DNA of 64,000 nt, from the sequence record SRR31156797_7944. One strand, given 5' to 3'. The translations under genes and the position numbers were made by a program. Under the pieces are notes generated by a model, which saw only the letters and a list, made by a program, of their open reading frames with translations, made no database searches and was not told the DNA's origin. Every line of letters begins with the position of its first letter. Within the stretch, counting starts at the first letter, position 1. This document shows positions 17,643 to 26,778 of the stretch, piece after piece.

Positions 17643-18632
17643 TTACGCTTTCTCCTTTCCCAGGTACTCCCGGGCTTCTTCATCGCTGAGTCCCAGCTGT
17701 TCTGCCAGATTCTTTTCCTCAGCGTTCAGTTCGGTTTTCTCTTCGGGAGGCGTCCCCGGGGGTGTCTCTTCTCTGTTCGCCTCAACGATGACAGCGGCGC
17801 CCTCCATATGCTTCTCGAACTTCTCAAGGGACTCTTCACTGTTACACTGATCCAGATAGTAGTCCTTGCTGGAAGGAGCGATTTTCCCTTCCTTGACGGC
17901 CTTATCCACGGCAGCGGTAGCCTTCTCTTTCAGGCCGTCTTCCTTGATACGGTTCAGCTCGGTCTCGGCTGTCTCCGCTCTTTTCCTGACTGTGTTGTAG
18001 TCATCGCGGGGGACCATCTCCGAGTTGATCTCGGACTTAGTTTTCAGATCCTTGATAGCGTCAAGGACTTCCGTTTCGGTTGCTTCAGCATTCAGGCTGA
18101 GAGCAGTTAAAATGGATTCAGGAAACAATTCTTCGCCTCCTTTAGGCTCTTCGTGATTTAATGCCGGAAACGGCAGGTTGGGTGAATTGGTTAATCCGAT
18201 GGATTTGACGAACAGAACATCCCTTGATGCCCGGTTCACTCGGTATACGGGTGAGTAATAGCGGTACTCATTGTTTTCAAGGGCAGTCTGACCGGATGAG
18301 TTCCATTCGACTTTTCCGAATAGGGCCCCGTCTTCCGTTTTGAATTCTTTGATCCAGCCAACCGCCGGGGCGGATTCCCCCTTAGGGGCCTTCAGTTCGG
18401 TGGAGTGTTCAATATCAATAACAGGATCGAGACCACGCTTTTCCTGGTTCAGAGCGATTTTCTCAGCTCCTGGGTTCCGGTAGAACCGGCCGTCCCTTCC
18501 CCGGAATTTCTTATCAGAGGGGACGAGGGGGAGCCATTCGGGAACGGCCCCCCCTTGCGGGAGTGGGAGAACCCGGTTCATTTCCAGGTCTTCAGGTATG
18601 GTACTGTTCAGCTCATCTGCGGCGTTAAACAT
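17643..18632 (-). CDS. Mu-like capsid protease I/scaffold Z
   Basis: 'IDIEHST', 'APAVGWI', 'YRYYSPV', 'GLTNSPNL' motifs. Confidence 0.9.
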   Translation of the reverse strand: MFNAADELNSTIPEDLEMNRVLPLPQGGAVPEWLPLVPSDKKFRGRDGRFYRNPGAEKIALNQEKRGLDPVIDIEHSTELKAPKGESAPAVGWIKEFKTEDGALFGKVEWNSSGQTALENNEYRYYSPVYRVNRASRDVLFVKSIGLTNSPNLPFPALNHEEPKGGEELFPESILTALSLNAEATETEVLDAIKDLKTKSEINSEMVPRDDYNTVRKRAETAETELNRIKEDGLKEKATAAVDKAVKEGKIAPSSKDYYLDQCNSEESLEKFEKHMEGAAVIVEANREETPPGTPPEEKTELNAEEKNLAEQLGLSDEEAREYLGKEKA

Positions 18633-18686
18633 GAGCTGAGTGTAGGTGAGATTTTACTGGGTCGTAATGTAAGTAAGGTTAATTAG
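18632..18686 (-). promoter_or_regulatory. Putative activator-dependent late promoter 1 (head/tail block)
   Basis: 37/55 ungapped identities to 37022-37076; -10 TACACT; no consensus -35; upstream AATTAAC-N5-TTACATTAC. Confidence 0.7.
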
Positions 18687-18698
18687 AACTACAGGGAT

Positions 18699-19382
18699 TC
18701 AAGCATGAAACAAACCATTGAAAAATGCTTGTGTCGAAGAGAAAATTGAGAGAACGGTATTGAATTCAGCCACCAGAGTAACGACCCCACTGGCAAGGCT
18801 TATAAGAGAAACAATTCCTGCGATCAGCTTGAAAAATAAAGAACCGGTGATCTTTCTGGCGAATGAGGCGCTTATGATTCCTACACTAGATATTATATAA
18901 ATGGGGGCTGATAGAATATTACTGTACCCTACTTGAAGTAGCTTAAGAGGATTCTTTAGAACCTTAACAATATCTGTCTTCATATTTTTAAGATCACCAA
19001 TTTCTCTCAATATTGCTTCCTGTATCATGCTGGCGTACATATTTCGATCTCGTTCGAACAGGTATTCCCCAAAGTACTGGTTAATTTGTGATAAGCCATT
19101 AATAATAAGTGCATAATTTGAGTGTATTGCTCCTATCGCCGGTTCTCTTAATGTAACCAACCCCTGCTGGCCCAACATGCTTTGCATTTTGTTACTATTC
19201 ATAGTCAGGTAAGTATACTTATCCAAATCCCGACCTTGGCTTTTCATATACCCATTAAAGTTTTTCAAATACTCAGTGGCAAACTCCAAATATCCGTTGG
19301 TCTTATGAATATTCCATATAGTATAAGTAAATCCTATTAGAATCGGGAGGAAAATAAATCCTGAGGCGATTAAGTACTTCAT
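18699..19382 (-). CDS. AT-rich membrane protein moron
   Basis: N- and C-terminal TM segments; low GC; TATAAT upstream (19431-19436), just after the early-operon terminator. Confidence 0.7.
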   Translation of the reverse strand: MKYLIASGFIFLPILIGFTYTIWNIHKTNGYLEFATEYLKNFNGYMKSQGRDLDKYTYLTMNSNKMQSMLGQQGLVTLREPAIGAIHSNYALIINGLSQINQYFGEYLFERDRNMYASMIQEAILREIGDLKNMKTDIVKVLKNPLKLLQVGYSNILSAPIYIISSVGIISASFARKITGSLFFKLIAGIVSLISLASGVVTLVAEFNTVLSIFSSTQAFFNGLFHA

Positions 19383-19440
19383 AAGCTTTCCTTTTCTATG
19401 ATGTGCTGTAGTTAAAATAACAAAAAATCCATTATAAAAC

Positions 19441-19469
19441 AAAAAAGGCGGGATTTGCTCCCGCCCTTC
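19441..19469 (-). terminator. Rho-independent terminator ending the early operon
   Basis: GGCGGGA-GCAAA-TCCCGCC followed by T6 on the minus strand. Confidence 0.75.
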
Positions 19470-19538
19470 ATATCAAACTTGGTTCATGAACGGTTCATGA
19501 ACCGCATCAGTGCATTTTCTATCGATTCTGGTACCCAA

Positions 19539-19859
19539 TTACATTTCAAACAGTTCGCCCGGCACAGGGGCCTTTTTTTGATTCGATGCGTGTAGCCTTT
19601 TCTGGTGACGGTGGCAAGCCTGATATACGGCCTTGAAATTGGTATCAAATTTCCGGCAGATCTCCTGCATATTCGTCCCGTCAAAGCTCTCATAGATTGC
19701 CTTATCCCGGTCCTCCTTAAAGGCGGCCCCGGGACGGGGAAGATATATCTGAACGCCTCCGATAGAATCCAATATCTCCCGGACTATCTTCTTGGACTTC
19801 TCTTCATCACCGACGACTTTCTGTACGCTATCAATCATCATGGCCACTGTCTCTGTCAT
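19539..19859 (-). CDS. mor: Mor/C family transcription activator
   Basis: 'IGGVQIYLPR...RDKAIYESFDGTNMQEICRKF' Mor signature. Confidence 0.85.
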   Translation of the reverse strand: MTETVAMMIDSVQKVVGDEEKSKKIVREILDSIGGVQIYLPRPGAAFKEDRDKAIYESFDGTNMQEICRKFDTNFKAVYQACHRHQKRLHASNQKKAPVPGELFEM

Positions 19860-20259
19860 CTTGCCTCTCCACACGCTCCAGCCAGGCTTTCAGATCTTCG
19901 ATAAGCTTGCTCATCTGTTGGCCAGTCAGGATATCCTGATCTGACCCGATCTGCCGTTTAATCCAGGACTGCAGGGCGCTGTAACGTTTATTCCTGACGG
20001 CTCCCAGCTCGTAAAGGCTGCACCATAGGGCATAGCACTTCGCCATCTGCGGATCCCGGATCTTCCGTTCCCTATTGTACCGGAACCCCAGAAATTGAAA
20101 AGCGCGCATGATTTCCTTGTATTGGGCCTCCGTTTTCAGCCCGGCGGCGGAGTCAATTCCGGCCGCGCCGAAAAGGAGGGCCCTATATGATTCATCATCA
20201 AGACCGCACTCCTTTCGGGCGATGTGAATGGTTGCCAGTTTCTTCCGGCGGTCCTTCAT
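19831..20259 (-). CDS. gemA: GemA/Mu gp16 (DUF1018) regulatory protein
   Basis: 'IHIARKECGLDDESYRALL...ALW...LIEDLKAW' motif. Confidence 0.85.
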   Translation of the reverse strand: MKDRRKKLATIHIARKECGLDDESYRALLFGAAGIDSAAGLKTEAQYKEIMRAFQFLGFRYNRERKIRDPQMAKCYALWCSLYELGAVRNKRYSALQSWIKRQIGSDQDILTGQQMSKLIEDLKAWLERVERQDDRDSGHDD

Positions 20260-20885
20260 ACGGGCAGGGAAGCGAAGTCCAGGGGAATCATTGTATAGCC
20301 GTCCCCAGTTCCATTCTTCCTGTAGATCCGCATGTACCGCCTGCTCATGACTACCTTGATAGAGTCGGATATGGCCTCCATCGCGGCCTGCCAGTCCTCG
20401 TCATCAATCTCATATCGGCGGAGTTCCAGGATGCGCTTGGTATTCACGTTCCCGGCTTTATCCACTTGGAAGGCATCATTGACCAGGGCTCTCAGTTCGG
20501 ATGTAGCACCGTTAGACCATTTTATGATGCACTTATCCACCAGGTCTTTAGCGGCCTGCAGCTGCTCATCAAATGACAGTACATCCTGCATATCGATAGA
20601 CACCTTGAACTGGCCGTCGTAGCTGGTGATACTGATATTCCCTTTCTTGCCGCCCTGCTTGACATCATGCTCTTCCAGGCTGATCCGACAGAACTCTTCA
20701 AAGTCCTCGAAGATCGCGGCCTTAAACTGCTGTAAGGCCTGGGACATCTCTTCGGCTCCTGCGGCGATCTTCCTTACGGTCTGGTCCCTGAGTATGTCCA
20801 GGGGTTTGATGGTCTCCAGGGGGACAAGGTTTCCCCTGCCGTTTCTCATGTAATCCTTGCCTTCTACTGTGATAGTCGGTTTCAT
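20256..20885 (-). CDS. DUF3164 family protein of Mu-like phages
   Basis: 'GGKKGNISITSYDG', 'FDEQLQAAKDL', 'AFQVDKAG' motifs. Confidence 0.85.
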   Translation of the reverse strand: MKPTITVEGKDYMRNGRGNLVPLETIKPLDILRDQTVRKIAAGAEEMSQALQQFKAAIFEDFEEFCRISLEEHDVKQGGKKGNISITSYDGQFKVSIDMQDVLSFDEQLQAAKDLVDKCIIKWSNGATSELRALVNDAFQVDKAGNVNTKRILELRRYEIDDEDWQAAMEAISDSIKVVMSRRYMRIYRKNGTGDGYTMIPLDFASLPV

Positions 20886-21013
20886 CAGTTCTTGTTCCTT
20901 CGTTTTCTTGTTTCAGGGAATCCTCCCCGGTCTTTATCCATGTTTATCCTGACCGCACCGTAGGCAAATACGCCGAGCAGTATGGTCAGAATTAAAATAG
21001 CTATAGCGCTCAA
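20885..21013 (-). CDS. Small 42-aa membrane peptide (not in the ORF track)
   Basis: GGGAGG RBS, TTG start, MSAIAILILTILLGVFAYGAVRINMDKDRGGFPETRKRRNKN, TGATG overlap with the next gene. Confidence 0.55.
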   Translation of the reverse strand: MSAIAILILTILLGVFAYGAVRINMDKDRGGFPETRKRRNKN

Positions 21014-21026
21014 AATATCCCCTCCC

Positions 21027-21146
21027 AAAAAGAACTCCCGGTATTACCCCCGGGCGGGCTCCCGCTGCTCTTATGCGGTGGGGTCTTCGATCCCCTACGA
21101 TCCGGGTGTGACCCGGCTTCACTAAGGAAGGGGACGGCCCTCCCTA
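21027..21146 (-). ncRNA. Candidate multi-hairpin RNA element in the early operon
   Basis: Five consecutive stems followed by a U5 tract (see findings). Confidence 0.45.
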
Positions 21147-21154
21147 TAAGCTGA

Positions 21155-22261
21155 TCAAACTGCTGCCAGCGTATGTGAGTCCACAACATCCTGGCCGACT
21201 TCCGCCGCTGCATTCATCGCCTGCTTGATCAGATTGTTCACGGTCAGAGGGTAGGCCATGGAATAGCGGGTCCGACGGGTTGTTCTGGTCAGCTTATCGA
21301 TGGCCGCCTTATACACGGATTTGTCCAGGACGTTATCATGCTTGATTCCCACCCGGGCAAACTTCAGCTTGAGGTACTGCTCAAGGTCCACCTCTTTGTT
21401 GAGGGGCTCCAGTTCAGCAACTTCCATCCGGCGGATGATCTCGCGGGCCTCGAAGTTCCGGCTTTCATCCAGCTTGGTTTTCAGCTCGGGCTGGGCTACC
21501 AGGATGACCGAAAGCAGCTTCTTAAAACCGTCTTCCAACTCCCAAAACCTTTTCAGATATTTCAGGGTCTGAATGGTCAGATCATGGGCCTCCTCAATCA
21601 TCAGGACATGGCTGAAACCGGAGCGGGAGGAATCGGTCAGGATTCGCTCTATCTGTCTGGCTTTGGCCTCAAGGGTCCGCCGGGGGTGTTCCGTGGAACA
21701 GTCCTGAATAATGGAGTCGCATATGGCCGTGGCTGTGAGTCGCTCCTTGTCGATGATCCGGGGGAAGATGATCTTGATCTTAAGCCCCTCGTTATTGATC
21801 CGGTCGATGAGTAAGCGACGGAGTGTAGTCTTGCCCGAGCCGGATTCCCCTATGACCGCCAGCATCCCGCCGTTACGGGCGATGGAGTACATGTACTCCG
21901 ATACATACCTTGTACCGGCGCCCAGGAAAACATCCTTTGCTTCGTTTACATCATCGAGAAAAGGATCTTTAAAAATCTTAAACTGCTTCTTTGCCGCTGC
22001 TGATATCATTACACATACCTCCTGTAATACCTGCTGCTCCTCTTCCTCCGGGCTCGGCGTCCTCTCCCACAGACCCTTTCTGTAGACGCCGCGCTCGGCG
22101 AGAAATTCATTGATCATCTGGCGGAGCTCTTTGGCTCGCCCTTTGGGGAACTCCCCTCTGCTGATAATCTGGCTGACTGTACTTTTAGCCAGCCCCAAAT
22201 ATTGTGCCAGCTCTACCTGCGTGGCTCCTGATTCAACCAGTGCTTTCCTTACCTGCATCAT
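21155..22261 (-). CDS. Transposition B-type AAA+ ATPase (ExeA-like) with N-terminal HTH
   Basis: GESGSGKT Walker A, 'IEEAHDL' Walker B; follows the transposase. Confidence 0.9.
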   Translation of the reverse strand: MMQVRKALVESGATQVELAQYLGLAKSTVSQIISRGEFPKGRAKELRQMINEFLAERGVYRKGLWERTPSPEEEEQQVLQEVCVMISAAAKKQFKIFKDPFLDDVNEAKDVFLGAGTRYVSEYMYSIARNGGMLAVIGESGSGKTTLRRLLIDRINNEGLKIKIIFPRIIDKERLTATAICDSIIQDCSTEHPRRTLEAKARQIERILTDSSRSGFSHVLMIEEAHDLTIQTLKYLKRFWELEDGFKKLLSVILVAQPELKTKLDESRNFEAREIIRRMEVAELEPLNKEVDLEQYLKLKFARVGIKHDNVLDKSVYKAAIDKLTRTTRRTRYSMAYPLTVNNLIKQAMNAAAEVGQDVVDSHTLAAV

Positions 22262-23930
22262 CCCCTCCCATTCCCATTAGGATGCTTTCAAGAGTGTCGA
22301 GAGCACTGTCCGGTACGCCGTTCGGAAAGTTCGTCCGTATGATGCCGAAGTAGGCGCTCTCCCAATAATTCAGTCGGTGTTTCAATTCTTTGGCCGCTTC
22401 TACCGTTGATAGAATGACTTCCGGTGCTTCCGGCGGCTTGATCTGCTGGCCGCTCCTGGGAACCGGGATAATGTTTGATGTCTCCCTCCTTATCGTTGAA
22501 ATGGTCTTCAGCCCCTGGCCGTCGTTCCAGTCGGCAAAAGGATGCTTCTCATCCCCGATGGCCTCATCCAAAACCTTGCCTGCCTTTTCGACATAGGTTT
22601 CTTTGTTGGATTTAAACTCCTCACCCCAGACTGCCGCGTCCATATGGAACCCGGCTTCGTCGAGTTCTATGGGGATAAACTCTTCCGCGAAATCATCGCC
22701 CTGCCAGGTGTGGGACACTCGGATAACACCGCCCGCGTCCATCAGGATCGGCTGAACCTCTACTATCGAACCGGGACGGATACCGGGCAATCCGCCGACG
22801 GCATAGGGCCGGGGCTCCTTCAGCCGGGGGTGTATAAAGCTTATCTTCAGATCAGCTCCTACCTTCCGTTTCACCGGGTCTTTCACAAAGAGAGACCGTG
22901 TGTCATCCGGCAGCTCTCTCAGCTTGCCGTGGGGTATGGTGAGCCAAAGGGACAGACGGGTTTTATTCGCCCTTCTCAGGGTGGAATCGTAGTACTCGAT
23001 TTCCCCGGCGTTATAGGCTGAGCACCAGATCTCTGCCGCCCTGTTAAGCTCATCAACATTCATACAGGGCTCGTACTTCAGGCGGCTCTCGAAGAGCTTC
23101 TCCACAATGTTATTGGAAGTCTCGACCTGTCCCTTGGCTCTCGGTCTTCCCTGCTCATGGGCAATCGCTTGAATCCTCAGCCCTCTACAGGCGTTCTGTA
23201 TCCCCTGTGAAATGTTGGCCGAACCCTTATCCCAAACCATGATCTCCGGTACCCCGTGGAACTGGTAGGTCGGGTCGTTCTTTTTTTTCCAGGCGTACAA
23301 AAGGAAATCCCAAAGCGTAACCGACGATTCACCGGCCACCTGGTAATACCTCATGCAGATCGAGGCCGAGTAATGATCGGTAAGAACATAGCGCCAGACC
23401 TTCAGATCTTCTTTCCCCTTTAGGAAAGGTTTGTTCTTGTAGACCTCATCATCCCGGATTATCTTCTGTCCTCCTTTGGGGAGGTAGTAGACCAGGCATA
23501 CCGAGGGGTCAACCTGATGTACATGGTTGGGGTACAAGCTCCGCATTCGGGTATGGCTGGAGTCCTGTCTCTGGCTTTGAACGTCCAAGCCTCTTTCTTT
23601 AAGAAGCTCACAGAGCCGCCCATTGGAGACTCCGAAATGAACTCCGTTCGATTCAAGGGAAGCCCGGGCGTTGGGCACCTCCATGGTGACCTTCCCGTTC
23701 TTCCTGACGCCGACCTTTGCCATGGCCGCCAGGGCGATCAGATCATCATCCTTCACTCCAGTGGTCCCTGCGTCCTTCCGCTTCTTTCGTCCGGATTCAT
23801 ATCCGGCCTTATGCAGCTCCCGATAAACCTTGTCTTTTGACCAACCGTAGAGCCTACCGATCTCGGCTATCAGTTTTCCTTTCTCCCCCCGACCGGCGCT
23901 CTGCAGCCGGGGGATATAGGCGTCAATCAT
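22233..23930 (-). CDS. DDE transposase A (B3/BcepMu-like)
   Basis: 'PNHVHQVDPSVCLVYYL', 'WRYVLTDHYS', 'DKGSAN', 'PRAKGQVE' integrase-core motifs. Confidence 0.9.
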   Translation of the reverse strand: MIDAYIPRLQSAGRGEKGKLIAEIGRLYGWSKDKVYRELHKAGYESGRKKRKDAGTTGVKDDDLIALAAMAKVGVRKNGKVTMEVPNARASLESNGVHFGVSNGRLCELLKERGLDVQSQRQDSSHTRMRSLYPNHVHQVDPSVCLVYYLPKGGQKIIRDDEVYKNKPFLKGKEDLKVWRYVLTDHYSASICMRYYQVAGESSVTLWDFLLYAWKKKNDPTYQFHGVPEIMVWDKGSANISQGIQNACRGLRIQAIAHEQGRPRAKGQVETSNNIVEKLFESRLKYEPCMNVDELNRAAEIWCSAYNAGEIEYYDSTLRRANKTRLSLWLTIPHGKLRELPDDTRSLFVKDPVKRKVGADLKISFIHPRLKEPRPYAVGGLPGIRPGSIVEVQPILMDAGGVIRVSHTWQGDDFAEEFIPIELDEAGFHMDAAVWGEEFKSNKETYVEKAGKVLDEAIGDEKHPFADWNDGQGLKTISTIRRETSNIIPVPRSGQQIKPPEAPEVILSTVEAAKELKHRLNYWESAYFGIIRTNFPNGVPDSALDTLESILMGMGGDDAGKESTG

Positions 23931-24873
23931 CTGTAGGTCCTACTGTTGTTATGGGGGTACCGTCATCCCAGAGGAGGCGGAGGTCGTTAAGCTGATGAAA
24001 CAGGGCGTTCCCTTCGGGGGCCATAAATTGAACCTGATCGGTAAGGCGGTTCAGATCGCTCACCATGATGTCGATGCTGTGCTTGGCCTGCTCCATCAGG
24101 ATGATCTGGCTGCCTTCCCACTCTTTAACCTCCATTGAGGAGATCTCGGATAGGGCCTCGGAAAAATCGGCAATAACCTGGCTAAACTTTGGTGTCGCGT
24201 TCTGCAGCCTAGTCAGAAGCTCAAGGGCCTGCTGCTGCCACTTGGTCTGATCATCCTTGGTATTCAGCTCCTTATAGAGCTGGTTGATCTTCTTGTCTTT
24301 GTCCTGGAGAAGCTTGTCATGGACTTCCCGTTCTGTGAGGGCATTGTCTTCGGCCTCATTCTTTTCCTTTTTGAGACGCCTGACTTCTGCCCGTAGTTCG
24401 CGGGTGGTCATCTTGTCGGCGGCTTCCAGGGTAAGGCCCGCGACAGAACCGTTATCTGCCAGCGCGTCGATATCGTCATCATCCAGAAGGGCCAAATCAT
24501 AAAGCTTAGTAGGGATCAAAGTTGACACCGATGTCAACTTTGGGGAGCCGTTGTCATCAAGGAACTTGACGGATGCGTTCATCATCCGCTTAGCGGTCCT
24601 GTACTCAATTCCGATGCGTTCCAAACTACTCATGAAATTGCCGTGGGCCTCATGCTCCTTCAGAAGGATAAGCCTTTTCCCGGCTTCCAGCATGGCCTGG
24701 GCGCTTTGCCCGAGATAGAAGCGGGCCTCCTGCTCAATACGGCTCCGATCATAGGGGGCATCATCCCCATACTTCATATCGACTTCAGCCATGCGGATGG
24801 CCAGCTGATCCAGCTCTTCCCCCGTGGGCATATCGTTCTCGGCTTTGGGCGCAATCTTATTCTTTGCCATCAA
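23923..24873 (-). CDS. DUF3102 domain protein
   Basis: 'EAGKRLILLKEHEAHGNF' motif; usual neighbour of B3-type transposases. Confidence 0.75.
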   Translation of the reverse strand: MMAKNKIAPKAENDMPTGEELDQLAIRMAEVDMKYGDDAPYDRSRIEQEARFYLGQSAQAMLEAGKRLILLKEHEAHGNFMSSLERIGIEYRTAKRMMNASVKFLDDNGSPKLTSVSTLIPTKLYDLALLDDDDIDALADNGSVAGLTLEAADKMTTRELRAEVRRLKKEKNEAEDNALTEREVHDKLLQDKDKKINQLYKELNTKDDQTKWQQQALELLTRLQNATPKFSQVIADFSEALSEISSMEVKEWEGSQIILMEQAKHSIDIMVSDLNRLTDQVQFMAPEGNALFHQLNDLRLLWDDGTPITTVGPTDD

Positions 24874-25181
24874 TCTACTCCTGCTGTGCTTATTAAGTAT
24901 TCCTGGTTAATACGGTTCACTTTGCCCATAAGGGAATGAAGGTTCTCCTGAATCTTCCTCAATGGGGCGGCGGCTCTTGCTGTCAGTCTCCAGGAGGAGT
25001 TCTCCCTCTGCTCGGCCCAGCCTCCCTCTTCAAGGTTTTTCAGGTCCCTGTATACGGTGGAAGGCTCCGTGCCGATCTGCTTGGCGAGGGTATTAAGGGG
25101 GAGCCCCTCCAGTTCATTTCCGGCCAGCGTTTCGATCACCTGCAGGAGGCGGCGCTGAGCCTTGTTGGTGTAGCTGCTCAC
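24870..25181 (-). CDS. IclR-like winged HTH protein
   Basis: 'LAKQIGTEPSTVYRDLKNLEEGGW' motif. Confidence 0.75.
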   Translation of the reverse strand: MSSYTNKAQRRLLQVIETLAGNELEGLPLNTLAKQIGTEPSTVYRDLKNLEEGGWAEQRENSSWRLTARAAAPLRKIQENLHSLMGKVNRINQEYLISTAGVD

Positions 25182-25483
25182 GCCGCGCCTCCCGGGAACA
25201 TTTCCTGCTGTCTGTATTTGAAGGTCTCGCTCTTGGACCGGATAACGTCACTCAACTTAATAAGCTTGATGTACTCCCGCAGGATGTACTGATCCGCCGG
25301 GGAAAGATCCAGTTCCGCGGCTACCTGCCAAAGCCCTTCATAACTGAGTTGGATAAGGAATTCCACAGGCGCGGCCATGGCGATACCAGCGGCCAACAAT
25401 TCGGGGTCACCGATATACATCTCCAGGGGCTTTCTCTTCTCGTCGCTTACCTGGGCGGCTATATCTTCGATAGTCTTCTTCAT
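25178..25483 (-). CDS. Hypothetical early protein
   Basis: Coupled ORF with RBS. Confidence 0.55.
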   Translation of the reverse strand: MKKTIEDIAAQVSDEKRKPLEMYIGDPELLAAGIAMAAPVEFLIQLSYEGLWQVAAELDLSPADQYILREYIKLIKLSDVIRSKSETFKYRQQEMFPGGAA

Positions 25484-25710
25484 ATGACCTCCTTATGATT
25501 CTTCAGTTCTTCCCAATCCTCAAACCCGAGGGCTTTGGCTATAACCAGCTGTACCCTTTGGCTGGTTCCTGTTCCCCATATGACCTTGTTAACCATAGGG
25601 ATAGATACACCGCATTTCTTTGCGATATCTTTCTGCCCGATATTCAGCCGGGTCATAATGCACTGAATCTTGATCGCGTTATTCACATCTCTCGTCGGTT
25701 TGTTTGGCAT
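25480..25710 (-). CDS. Ner/Cro-like HTH regulator
   Basis: 'QKDIAKKCGVSIPMVNKVIWG...IAKALG' HTH. Confidence 0.7.
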   Translation of the reverse strand: MPNKPTRDVNNAIKIQCIMTRLNIGQKDIAKKCGVSIPMVNKVIWGTGTSQRVQLVIAKALGFEDWEELKNHKEVI

Positions 25711-25733
25711 CTGTATTACCCCTCCCATAGGGT

Positions 25734-25967
25734 TCATCCTCCTGTTGCAATAAAAAGTGAATCGTCATCATCCTGGGCTAGTAACGGCTCTATACTGGTG
25801 AGCGCCGTAAGCGAGTTGTTCACAACCGCATACGTCAATCCCAGCTCCCGGGCTATCTCCCCGACAGACCTGGCCTTCCCGTCTGAAAGGACCTTCCGTA
25901 CTCTGCCGGCGTTAAAGTACATTTCCTGATTTTCTTCTAATGGTTTATTGTGAACGCCCATACTCAT
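25734..25967 (-). CDS. Small winged-HTH protein
   Basis: 'SVGEIARELGLTYAVV' motif. Confidence 0.55.
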   Translation of the reverse strand: MSMGVHNKPLEENQEMYFNAGRVRKVLSDGKARSVGEIARELGLTYAVVNNSLTALTSIEPLLAQDDDDSLFIATGG

Positions 25968-26602
25968 CCTCCTAATACCACCTGTTCACGGCCACCGTTC
26001 ACCTGCCGTGCCAGGCCTACATCACCCGCAGCGGTATAGCCTTTACCAAATGCGATCGGATTCGGTTTCCGCTGCTTCTTCGGTTTGTATTCCGTCAGGT
26101 CTTTGGAGAACGCTTCCTGAATAGCGATGATCCGCTCTTTACGGTCACCGACCCAGCCGTAGGTATCGGCCATCTCATGTATGCGGTTAGACAGGTTCAC
26201 CGCCATACCGAGGCGGAACGATTCACGGTATTTATGCTTGGCATTTTTCCGGACTGTAGATCTGGTTATCCTGAGGATAGCTTTTTCAAGATAGTCGTAC
26301 ATTTCACAAGCAACCTCAGCTTCGAACTCAGGGCCGAGGAACATGTAGCTGAAATGTCCTTTGACCGGGACTACTCCATTTAGCCAGGCAACGGATTGAA
26401 TCAGCTCATTCCGCCAAGGTGATTTCCGTCTTGACTGGCTTTCTGGGAAGGCCTCGGTGTAATGGATTGTTTTATCATCAAGATCAAACTGGCTCATCAA
26501 GTCCATTGCTCTTTTCAAGGCAAGGGCGGCTTCGTGCTCATTGCTTGATTTTGAAAGGGCCAGAAGCTTCTTGACTCTGGAGACGGCATCATCTTTAGTC
26601 AT
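25964..26602 (-). CDS. DUF2786 domain protein
   Basis: 'RVKKLLALSKSSNEHEAALALKRAMDLM' N-terminus. Confidence 0.8.
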   Translation of the reverse strand: MTKDDAVSRVKKLLALSKSSNEHEAALALKRAMDLMSQFDLDDKTIHYTEAFPESQSRRKSPWRNELIQSVAWLNGVVPVKGHFSYMFLGPEFEAEVACEMYDYLEKAILRITRSTVRKNAKHKYRESFRLGMAVNLSNRIHEMADTYGWVGDRKERIIAIQEAFSKDLTEYKPKKQRKPNPIAFGKGYTAAGDVGLARQVNGGREQVVLGG

Positions 26603-26711
26603 GATCTGCCTCCCCGAGGAGAATAAGGAACTGTACGGCTGTTTCTTTTTTCCTTATTACTGGAAAAAGTGTTGATTTACGCTTGCGGTGTGATTTACTC
26701 CGCTGTAACAT
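26595..26711 (-). CDS. Short basic leader ORF (38 aa), first ORF of the early operon
   Basis: AAGGAG RBS then ATG; MLQRSKSHRKRKSTLFPVIRKKETAVQFLILLGEADHD; overlaps the DUF2786 start. Confidence 0.45.
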   Translation of the reverse strand: MLQRSKSHRKRKSTLFPVIRKKETAVQFLILLGEADHD

Positions 26712-26717
26712 GGGGTT

Positions 26718-26768
26718 ACTCCTTTACGGGGAGCGAACGACTTGGAAGGTGGAACGCTCCCCGTTTTT
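26718..26768 (+). ncRNA. Candidate ~50-nt antisense RNA covering the first early RBS
   Basis: TTGCGG(26683-26688)-N17-TAACAT(26706-26711) promoter; perfect 10-bp stem ACGGGGAGCG/CGCTCCCCGT then a T tract. Confidence 0.5.
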
Positions 26769-26778
26769 GGGGGTTCGT

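Noticed and set aside
21027-21146. tRNA gene
   Set aside because: The hairpins are serial rather than cloverleaf, with no T-loop consensus or acceptor stem
20934-21213. ORF-track calls 20934-21122 and 21010-21213
   Set aside because: They run through the hairpin array without good RBSs; the 20885-21013 ORF has a better RBS and stop-start coupling
21155-22261. Type II secretion ExeA
   Set aside because: Adjacent to the transposase within the phage early operon, so it is the transposition ATPase
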